A stretch of 30,021 nt of DNA from Pyrobaculum sp. Its GTDB lineage: Archaea; Thermoproteota; Thermoprotei; Thermoproteales; Thermoproteaceae. The stretch is taken from assembly GCA_046293555.1 (NCBI GenBank), contig JBKBOT010000019.1, forward strand, positions 1 to 30,021. The letters run 5' to 3'. The notes under the pieces are model-generated. The model was not told the DNA's origin. It searched no databases and saw only the letters and a list, made by a program, of their open reading frames with translations. Position numbers and translations under genes: made by a program. Below are positions 1-8,400 of the stretch, piece by piece (position 1 is the first letter of the stretch; every line of letters begins with the position of its first letter).

Positions 1-1
1 C

Positions 2-3000
2 AAGGAGGGTAACCTACGCGTGGCGGTACCTGTGGGCAACGCCACTGCGTATATGCCTGTATCCGACGTCGAGGTCACCAACGAGGGTTTAAAGTACAAG
101 TTCCAAGGCTCTACAACTGTCACGGTTAGAGACAAGGTGAAGATTGGAGGTAGGGAGGTTGAGGGCGATGTGACATACGTCGTGGAGGCAGACAAGGATG
201 GCAACGTTAGCTACAGGGCGTCGTCCATGAAGGCCAACCTCGAGGTGTATGAGCCGGGGAAGGGTATTGTCACTAAGCAGATCGACATCTCCTTCGTGAA
301 GGAGGGGGATGAGCTTAAAGTCAAGCTGCCGGAGGGCGTATACCTCAAAGACGATTACGACAGGATGATAAAGATGTTGATAGAAAGAAGCAACGAGCTT
401 GTCGGTAATGCAAAAGATAGGGAGTTTAAAGACGTCAGGGTTTCTAACAACGGTGAGGTGACTATTGTCACCTTGGTTAACAGCAAGGGGGAGACTCTTA
501 TCTACAGTATAGACAAGGGCGGCAACATTAAAATAGTTGAGGGGCAGTACTCCCGCAAGGAGGAGGTTTTCGACCCGCGGCGGGGCAGGGTGGTGAAAGA
601 TGTTTACTACATAATAAAGACTGATGGCGATAAGACCTACGAACTTAGGCGCGACAAAGAGATGACGATGGAGGAGTTCAAAAAGACCTTGAACGACTTC
701 GAAAAGAGTCTAAACGAAGAGCTGAAGGGGAAGGGATCCGCTAAGGTCAAGACTGTGGAGTACACGCCAGAGGGTGCCGTTGTGGTTGTGCAAGTGACTG
801 AGGGGGGCAAGACCACGGAGGTGAGGTACAAGGTTCGGCAGGATGAGGGGGGTCTGAGGTTTGAGTCTACAGGCGGCGCAGCTGCACCGCGAGTGAAGTA
901 CATAGAGCTGCCCCCGATACTGAGGGGGGCTGCCGTTGGCTTCGGGCTGCCGGAACACATACCTGCAGAGTTTGAGCTCTTTGGCCGCAAGTTCTCGATA
1001 GACGTCCCGTATTTGACGAAAACCGGACCTCCGCCAGAGAGGCGTGTCTTTTCGCCAGTAGATGAGGCCATCTCGCGGGCGTTTGGGCAGGAGGGGGGCA
1101 GGCCAAAAGATGCGTGGGACTATATCGACAGCGGCATTGCCACCGCGATGGATGTGTTACTTCTCGGTGGGTTGGTCAAGGCGGGGGTCAAGGCCGGGAT
1201 AAAAGCGACGGAGAGGGTAGTGCTTCCACATATCATAAAGGCGGCCGAGAAGGGCAGCGGCTGGGCGTCTAAACTCCTAACAATTGAGAGAAAGCCCATC
1301 GCCGTCACGATACAGCCGGTCAAGACGTCTGTAACCGGCATAGCGGAGGTGCGTGAGTTCATAACGCCTCAACACGGGCTCGTGCAGAGGTATGCTGGCT
1401 ATGTGGCGTTAAGGGATTTGGGCAAGGGCGTTGAGGCGCCAATCACGAAGTATATGGAGATTGGGAGTAAGGCAGTAGACGAGAATACCGTCAAATGGGT
1501 TGCGTCTGTCAGACTGGCTGAGGTGAGACAAGTCGCCAAGAAGCTCGGCGAGATGCAAACAATAATAAAAACGGAGACAAACCCGAAGGTAGCTGTCAAC
1601 AAGCTGTTTAAAGCGGCGGAGGAGTTGCCGCCTGGGTGGAGGGAGGTGGTGACCACAAGCTTGAAAGAAGTTAAGAGGTCGCCAAAGGCATTGGAGGAAT
1701 TCAGCAAAAGGATTGATGAGTCTACATCAATCTTGAAGAATGTTGAGAAACAGTTGGAAAAACATGCAGATGAGAGAATGTTAGAGTTGTTGCAAAAGCC
1801 GGAAGTGTTGTCTGAATATATGAAGAGAGGTAAAATAACTGATATATATAAGGCTATCTCTACCGGGAGGGGCGAGGTGCGGCTAGGCGGCGAGGGGGTT
1901 TTCGGCGTGGCTGTAGAGGAGGCTGCTCCCGAGGTCTTGAAGGGCCTTAAGGGCCGCGGCTCCACGCGGCTGACTGGAAAGGTGGCTAAGAGCGATAGGC
2001 CTGTGGAGGAGTTGTTGAAGAAACATGGAAAAAGTCGGGTCTTGGCGGCGGCGCTTGATGACCCCAAGTTTGCAGAAAGGCTGCGGAGAGAGTTGACGGA
2101 ATTGATCACAAAACAGCCGGCTAGAGAGAAAGAGCTTGGGGAGGTTTTAGACGCCCTAAAGGCGTTGGAGGAGGCGTTTGTCAACCCCCACGTGTTGAAA
2201 AACTTCAAGCCTGAGGAGCTACAAGAGCTGTATAAATACAGCAAGAGGTTTAGACAATATGTCGATGAGATGAGGGGGGCTGTGTTGCGTACGGCGGTTG
2301 TGGCGACTGAGGAGAAGCCGTATATGGCTGTGGTAGACTACATCGAGAGGCCCAGGCTGAGGGGGGCGGAAAAACTAGAGAGGTTTGTGGAGAAGATACC
2401 AGGGCTTACGATTAAAATAAAACGGGAGAAAGACATAAAGAGTTATACTAGGGCGTTTGAGCCCATAAAGGAGGAGGAGATAGAGAAGTACCTAAAGCAG
2501 TTCGCCGAGAAGGGCAAGAAGGCAGAGGGGCCCCTACAGAGGGTGGAATCTAAGGCTCTAAAGGGCGAGGTAACAGATGCCGAGAGGATTATAAACGAGA
2601 TCGTTAAGAGTAATGAACCGATAGAGGAGTTGGTGAAGAAATATAGAAAAGAGTATGTCCTAAATGCAGCGGTTAACAACAAGGAGTTTGCAAAACGCGT
2701 ATTGGAGGCATCTGCAAAGGCCCCGCCTGGGAGCGATTTACATTGGATAGGCTCGGAATTGCAGAAAGCCTTGGAGTTGCAGAAAGCCGTTGAGAAAACC
2801 GGACCGTTAGCGAAAATAAGGGAGCATATAACGGCGCCGTTGGGTAAGGTGAGGGAACGTGTGGAGGGGCCGTTGGAAAAGGTGAGGGGTGGTCTGTCTA
2901 AGGTCAGGGGATATCTGGCTGAGGCCCACAGGAGATTGACCACGCCGACTCCTCCAGACGATGTCTCCTTGAGGCAAATGTTTGATCCAAATCTGTGGAA

Positions 3001-4621
3001 AGATGTTGCAAAGGCACATTGGGAGGTTGGAGGGTGGCTTGCAAAGTCCGGCGTGGGGGTCGCAAAGGAGGTTGGTAAGAACGTAGCCGCTTTCACCAAA
3101 GAGATGGCAATCGATCCGATACTTAGGAAGCTACCTAAGGCGCCAGATGAGAGGGAGGTATATGCCAAGATGTGGGAAGCTATAGTTAAGAGTAGACAGG
3201 GAGGCGATGTGGGGGTTGTAGGAAAGGCCGCAGAGGCGGTGGAGGAGAAAGATATATACAGAAAGATGTGGGAAGCTATAGTTAAAGATAGAGCGGCTAA
3301 GGCCGGCGGTGAGGGCGTGACGCAAGGCGGTGAAGATGTCATAGAGAAGATCCTCAACAGTAGGAGGTCTGTGGGGGAGCTTGTGAAGAGATATGGGGCG
3401 ACAAACGTCTTGGAGGCTGCGCTTAGAGATAAGAGGTTTGCGGAACGTGTCCTTTTGGCGTCTACAAACGCGCCTCGAGACAGCGAGTTGTACAAAGTGG
3501 GGGTGGAGCTGCGGAAGCATATAATCGGCACCCTGGGGCCTTTAGATGAGGCGTTTAAATCCGGCAGATGGACACAACGTGTAACCAGCATGCCGGAAGC
3601 GGCCAAGCCTTTGAAGAGAGTGGAGTCCGCTGCCAGGGCTGTGGGAGAGGCTGGTAGCGATGCCGAGAGGATTATAAACGAGATCGCTAAGAGCAATGAA
3701 CCAATAGAGGAGTTGGTGAAGAGATTTGGTGAGGAGACCGTCGTCAAGGCTGCGTTGAGAGATAAACACTTTGCTATGCGTGTATTAGAGGAGGCGGCAA
3801 GAGCTCCGCCAGACAGCGCGTTGTATAGAGTTGGCGCATCTTTACGGGAGGGGATGGAACGTGAGTTGTTTAAACACGTCACGCTTCCAGAGGTACGGAC
3901 CTCAGCAATACGGCGCAGGGGATCGGACGTGGCTGAGAGTGGGGTGGGTAAGAGGGTGGGTGAGTTTGAATATACGTCTCCTAAAACCGGTACAACTACG
4001 ATATTGAAAAAAGAGGTAAAGGAGGAGACCAAGGATGCAGCCAAGGCGGCCGATGCAGCCAAGGCAGCCGGCAAGTCTGTCTCAAAGGAGGGGGAGAATG
4101 TGGAGGTGCCCGCTGGTGGGAGGGCTTTGGAGAGGGTGGTTACACATGAGGCAGAGGGGGTGTCTACAAACGTGGCGTCTAACGCATATAGGAAGGACGT
4201 CTCGCGGAGGGGCGGAAGGCTGAGGGTGAGGGAGAAGGTGGAGGTGCCAGTGGTGAAGCCCATCTTGAGGTATGAGATACAGGGGCAGCGGGAGGCGAGG
4301 CAGGGAGAGGTGGCGATACCCGTCCACTTGGCGCCGCAGCAATTTGCGTCGGACCTCGGACAGCTGCGTTACAATGTGACGTATGAGGTGCCTTTGGGGG
4401 TTGTCACAGTGCCTAGGTTGGCCTACGGCTTGGTTACAACCACACAAGGCGTGTCTGTGTCTAGGGGCGGCGGCGGCTCTGCCGAGGGTGAGGGGGGAAA
4501 GAAAAAAGATCCACGTAAGCCCAGAGGGAGGACTGTTGTTGGCGGCGGTGGCGCCGGCGGTGAGCGGGGGGGCCGGACGCGTGATTATGGTAGGAAGTAC
4601 GGCGAGAGGCTTGCGATATGA
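2..4621 (+). CDS. Giant hypothetical protein (>1533 aa, probably 5'-truncated) with beta-rich N-terminal repeats and four helical repeats
   Basis: Frame is open back to position 2 (KEGNLRV...). Repeats of type 'SNEPIEELVKKY...AA...KEFAKRVLEA...APPGSDL' x4; Gly/Arg-rich C-terminus; stop overlaps next ATG (ATGA). Confidence 0.85.
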   Translation, partial: KEGNLRVAVPVGNATAYMPVSDVEVTNEGLKYKFQGSTTVTVRDKVKIGGREVEGDVTYVVEADKDGNVSYRASSMKANLEVYEPGKGIVTKQIDISFVKEGDELKVKLPEGVYLKDDYDRMIKMLIERSNELVGNAKDREFKDVRVSNNGEVTIVTLVNSKGETLIYSIDKGGNIKIVEGQYSRKEEVFDPRRGRVVKDVYYIIKTDGDKTYELRRDKEMTMEEFKKTLNDFEKSLNEELKGKGSAKVKTVEYTPEGAVVVVQVTEGGKTTEVRYKVRQDEGGLRFESTGGAAAPRVKYIELPPILRGAAVGFGLPEHIPAEFELFGRKFSIDVPYLTKTGPPPERRVFSPVDEAISRAFGQEGGRPKDAWDYIDSGIATAMDVLLLGGLVKAGVKAGIKATERVVLPHIIKAAEKGSGWASKLLTIERKPIAVTIQPVKTSVTGIAEVREFITPQHGLVQRYAGYVALRDLGKGVEAPITKYMEIGSKAVDENTVKWVASVRLAEVRQVAKKLGEMQTIIKTETNPKVAVNKLFKAAEELPPGWREVVTTSLKEVKRSPKALEEFSKRIDESTSILKNVEKQLEKHADERMLELLQKPEVLSEYMKRGKITDIYKAISTGRGEVRLGGEGVFGVAVEEAAPEVLKGLKGRGSTRLTGKVAKSDRPVEELLKKHGKSRVLAAALDDPKFAERLRRELTELITKQPAREKELGEVLDALKALEEAFVNPHVLKNFKPEELQELYKYSKRFRQYVDEMRGAVLRTAVVATEEKPYMAVVDYIERPRLRGAEKLERFVEKIPGLTIKIKREKDIKSYTRAFEPIKEEEIEKYLKQFAEKGKKAEGPLQRVESKALKGEVTDAERIINEIVKSNEPIEELVKKYRKEYVLNAAVNNKEFAKRVLEASAKAPPGSDLHWIGSELQKALELQKAVEKTGPLAKIREHITAPLGKVRERVEGPLEKVRGGLSKVRGYLAEAHRRLTTPTPPDDVSLRQMFDPNLWKDVAKAHWEVGGWLAKSGVGVAKEVGKNVAAFTKEMAIDPILRKLPKAPDEREVYAKMWEAIVKSRQGGDVGVVGKAAEAVEEKDIYRKMWEAIVKDRAAKAGGEGVTQGGEDVIEKILNSRRSVGELVKRYGATNVLEAALRDKRFAERVLLASTNAPRDSELYKVGVELRKHIIGTLGPLDEAFKSGRWTQRVTSMPEAAKPLKRVESAARAVGEAGSDAERIINEIAKSNEPIEELVKRFGEETVVKAALRDKHFAMRVLEEAARAPPDSALYRVGASLREGMERELFKHVTLPEVRTSAIRRRGSDVAESGVGKRVGEFEYTSPKTGTTTILKKEVKEETKDAAKAADAAKAAGKSVSKEGENVEVPAGGRALERVVTHEAEGVSTNVASNAYRKDVSRRGGRLRVREKVEVPVVKPILRYEIQGQREARQGEVAIPVHLAPQQFASDLGQLRYNVTYEVPLGVVTVPRLAYGLVTTTQGVSVSRGGGGSAEGEGGKKKDPRKPRGRTVVGGGGAGGERGGRTRDYGRKYGERLAI
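2576..3722 (+). repeat. Intragenic 64-bp direct repeat (2576-2639 / 3659-3722), plus a 23-bp perfect repeat (3167-3189 / 3263-3285)
   Basis: gatgccgagaggattataaacgagatcgYtaagagYaatgaaccRatagaggagttggtgaaga, 61/64 identical; aagatgtgggaagctatagttaa x2. Confidence 0.9.
4034..4069 (+). repeat. 18-bp tandem repeat x2 (DAAKAA)
   Basis: gatgcagccaaggcggcc gatgcagccaaggcagcc. Confidence 0.85.
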
Positions 4622-5151
4622 GTAGCGACATCTTTAAGAGGTATAGCAAGATGCGGCTGTTGGCCAGAGCGCTTGACGACCCGAAGTTTGCCGAGATAAT
4701 AAAAAGGGAGGGGGGGCCGTTGATTCAAGGCGATTTGAGGGCTTTGGAGCAAGCGCTTTCGGGCGATGTGGCAAAGTTGGAGAGGTTCAACCAGGCCGAG
4801 TTGAAGGAGTTGTATAAACATAGCAACAAGTTTAAAGAGTTTGTAAACAAGTCGAAAGACGTCGAGATTTTGGAGAAATACGATTTAATGCCTCTGAGGA
4901 GGAGGTTGACCAAGGCGGCTAGGGGCTTCTACGAGGAGGTGAGAGATACCTACGGCCCGAGGGCTGTGAAAAACGCTTTCGTCCAGTTTGGGAAAGAGGC
5001 TGTGGATTACATCAAATACGATGTGTTGAGGCTCAAAAAGCCTAAGGGTAAGGACAAGGATAAGGATGAGAATAAGGATAAGGAGAGGGAGGGAAGGAGG
5101 CGCCGTAATTACTACTACACCAAGTGGGTGTCTGAGAGGCTTGTGATATGA
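4618..5151 (+). CDS. Hypothetical protein, short paralogue of the giant protein
   Basis: 'RLLARALDDPKFAE...ELKELYKHSNKF' matches 'RVLAAALDDPKFAE...ELQELYKYSKRF' in the giant ORF; same C-terminus ERL(A/V)I; ATGA overlaps on both sides. Confidence 0.85.
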   Translation: MSSDIFKRYSKMRLLARALDDPKFAEIIKREGGPLIQGDLRALEQALSGDVAKLERFNQAELKELYKHSNKFKEFVNKSKDVEILEKYDLMPLRRRLTKAARGFYEEVRDTYGPRAVKNAFVQFGKEAVDYIKYDVLRLKKPKGKDKDKDENKDKEREGRRRRNYYYTKWVSERLVI

Positions 5152-5438
5152 ACTCGCCCATCTTTGCGGCGTTGTTGTTAATAGTGGTGGTGATAACCAT
5201 AGCGCTCTTCGGCGACTTTTTTGTCCACATAGAGAGGACCTTCTACGGGCTTCTGTCTGGGGTACTCGGAACGTTGGGCCAAACCTCCGGAGGTGTGATA
5301 CAATCGTCTTGGCAGCCGCCTGAATACAACGTGGAGAGCCAACGCCATGTGATCTACGGCATGTTGTCCCTCTTGGTCATAACGGCGGGGATTGGGATTG
5401 GGATTTTGATAACCTCGGCGCTGCAGGGCGATGAATAG
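5148..5438 (+). CDS. Small two-TM membrane protein (possible minor virion protein)
   Basis: Two hydrophobic helices; ATGA coupling with upstream gene. Confidence 0.75.
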   Translation: MNSPIFAALLLIVVVITIALFGDFFVHIERTFYGLLSGVLGTLGQTSGGVIQSSWQPPEYNVESQRHVIYGMLSLLVITAGIGIGILITSALQGDE

Positions 5439-8400
5439 TTTTAAGTATATGTTTCTATTACCATATGTCAGAAGAGGTTCAAAAGAGAAAGGAGAAGGAG
5501 GAGGAGAGGGAAAGGGACGTGGGGTAGATGTGTCGTACAAAGCCACGTGTGGTGCGGCAGCGTTTACATCCGCCGCATACAGAGCTGCGTTGTTAGCGTT
5601 GATTTTTTCCGTTTTTGTCCTCGCCTCCAGTCCATATATCCACGAGGATTTTTCACAACAGCCGCGGGGCTCTATGACTAACGTCATCTGGGATCCGGTT
5701 AACGGCAGGCTGGTCTTGACGCCCTTTGGCTTCGAGATGTCGTCTAAATACAGCTATGGCTGGTATGAGGGGGTTACCTCCATACATCTGTCGTTTTCGC
5801 TGCTGGTGGCGAACCCCGCCTGGTTTGAGGATTTCTCCAAACAGCCGATCGGCAGGCTTGAGGCCATTGCGTCTTGGGACTCGGCTAACCAATATGTCCT
5901 ACTCACCCCAGCCCAGAGCAACTTGGTGGGGTATTACGTTTTGGACAAAGTGAAGCTGTGGCCAGCCGGCAAGCTGTCCTTCCGCTTTAAGTCGTGGGGG
6001 GGCTCCGGCGGCGAGGCCATCTGGCTTGCGCTTTTCGATGGGTCGACTACAGCCACGGAGGATGCAACAGATGGGGGCTACCATGTGGTTTTTGACGAGC
6101 GTGAGAGTGTGGTGAAGGTGGTGAGAGGCACGGCCGTTCTCGCATCTATGCAGTGGACTAACGATGGCAATTGGCACACGGTGGAGGTTTTGTACTATCT
6201 AAACGGCTCTCGTTTTTACATCTCCGTGAAGATAGATGGCAGCCAGGGGATTAGCGCTGTGGACAGCTCGCCGCCGGCCAACGCGCTTAGTGGGGCCGGC
6301 CTTGTTTACTTCGGCGCGCGAACCAGCGGCTCTACAAACAACCACGCGGTAGACGACATCTTGTACGAGGCGGGGGGGCTCAACGTGGTTGTGTCGTCTA
6401 CAAAGTCGCAGTTGGTGTACGTCACGTTGCTGGAGGGCGCTGGGGACCCCGGCATTTCGATAGTTTTCGACACCGTGGGGCGGAGGGTGGCTATAGTTAG
6501 AAACGCCACGTTGGCCGAGATGCCGTGGACGCCTGGCAACACCTATGTGGAGGTTACCTACGAGGGGGGGAGGGTGGCCGTCAAGACGACGCAGGGAGGT
6601 ACCTCTAAGTCTATCTCTGCAAGCCTGCAGTCGGGGCCGCGGCGTGGCTATATATACTTCGGCTCCTACACGCCCGGCTTCCAGTACGCCATATGGGCCA
6701 TAGACGACGTCAGAATGACGGCGTTGATCCAGTTTGGAGAGTTCGTGGAGTTCGTCCCGCCGAATGCGACCCCAATGCCTGCACCGACGCCCCCACCACC
6801 ACTACAGACAGTCGTTAGATATCTACAGATTCCGACGCCGGCACAGACGGGCGAGTTTGTGGTAAAGCTGTATGATTTATACCTGCCGACGGGCTTGGGC
6901 GTGCGTTCCCAGTTCCCCATACAGCTGCCCCAGTCGTTCTCTGTCAACCTCGAGGTCATGGAGCTGGGCGGCGGCACCATGCTACGCATAGGCGACAGGC
7001 CGTGGCCATGCGGCTATGTGTCATTCCGCTTCAGGGCGTGGGGCGGATCCGGCGCAGACGCCATATGGCTGGCGCTGTTTGACAACTCGCCGACGCCGGA
7101 CGAAGACAGCTTCGGCGGCGGTTACCACATCACTTTCGACGAATATGAAGATAGGATTAGAATACGGCGCGACGTTGTACTTGCGGAGTATGCGATCACG
7201 ACGCTCGACAACGGCAACTGGCACAGGGCTGAGGTGTCGTACTGTCTCTACAACAACGTCTTCTACGTCGAGGTGAGGCTAAACGGCACGTTGATACTAA
7301 GCGTTACAGACAGCTCGCCGCCCTCCAACGTGCTGAACAACGTCGGCATTATATACATCGGCGCGCGGACTGCCGGCGCCAACAACAACCACGCCATAGA
7401 CGACCTGGTTGTAATGTACCCCGGCGGGGGGTGGAAAGAGGACTTCTCGAGGCCGCCGGCCGGAAGGCTTGCCGGCTTGGCGCAGTGGGACTCGGCAGGC
7501 CAGTACCTGTTGCTCACGCCGGCGCAGAACGGCCAGGCGGGCTACTACATCCTTTTTGACTACGCCATTCACGTCCGCTCAGACCGCATGACGGCGTGGA
7601 TTAATGGCGTAAAGCACGAGACGACCTTTGCGGCGCAGAGGCTGAGGTGGACCAGGTACACGCTACAGACGTCGTCTAGCTCCATCGTGTTGATGCGGGA
7701 CGGCTCTACGATCGCCACGATAAACGCCGGATGGGCCGCCGGCAGCTACCAGATCTACGTCGGAGAGGGAAACGGCGCCTCCGGCTGGCACGGCCATTTG
7801 AGCTGGCTCACAATCCACAGCGGCGCCGTAACAGTGACGCCGCCCAACGTGCCGTCCAATGGGCTGATTGCGTTTATGGAGCCCAGCGTGTTCGACGGCA
7901 TTAAGTTTGTAGATATGGCCAACCGCAGAAACAACTTCATATACTGGGCCTCCACCTTCGAAGACTTCTCCAGGCCGCCGCTGGGGGGGTTGTGGTGGTC
8001 CGCCACGTGGGATTCGGCAAACCGGTACGTCCTCTTGACGCCTAATGAACAAAATAAGGCGGGCCACTATGGCTGTGGTACGTCCAGCGCAGCGGGGGCT
8101 GGCGTCTATATGCGGTTTAACTTCCGTGCGTGGGGGGGCACCGGCGGGGAGTTCACCGCAGTCGGGCTCTACGACGGCCATTGGACGTTTTACCAGGTGA
8201 ACCTTGTGGAGCGGGGTGGGAGGGTGGAGATCTACAAGACCGTTACACAGGGGTCGACATCTCTACTCGGCACGTGGAGCTACAGCTTCGGCTCCGGCTG
8301 GCACACGGCCGAGGTTTGGGCGTACCACAAAGACGGCAGGATGTACATCCACGTGGCGGTAAACGGAACGTTGGTAGCCGAAGCTGTCGACGTTTCCCCA

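Noticed and set aside
637-4447. Long antisense ORFs (e.g. 2443-4263, 1399-2244)
   Set aside because: Ser/Leu/Phe-rich mirror frames of the E/K-rich giant gene; no independent coding signal.
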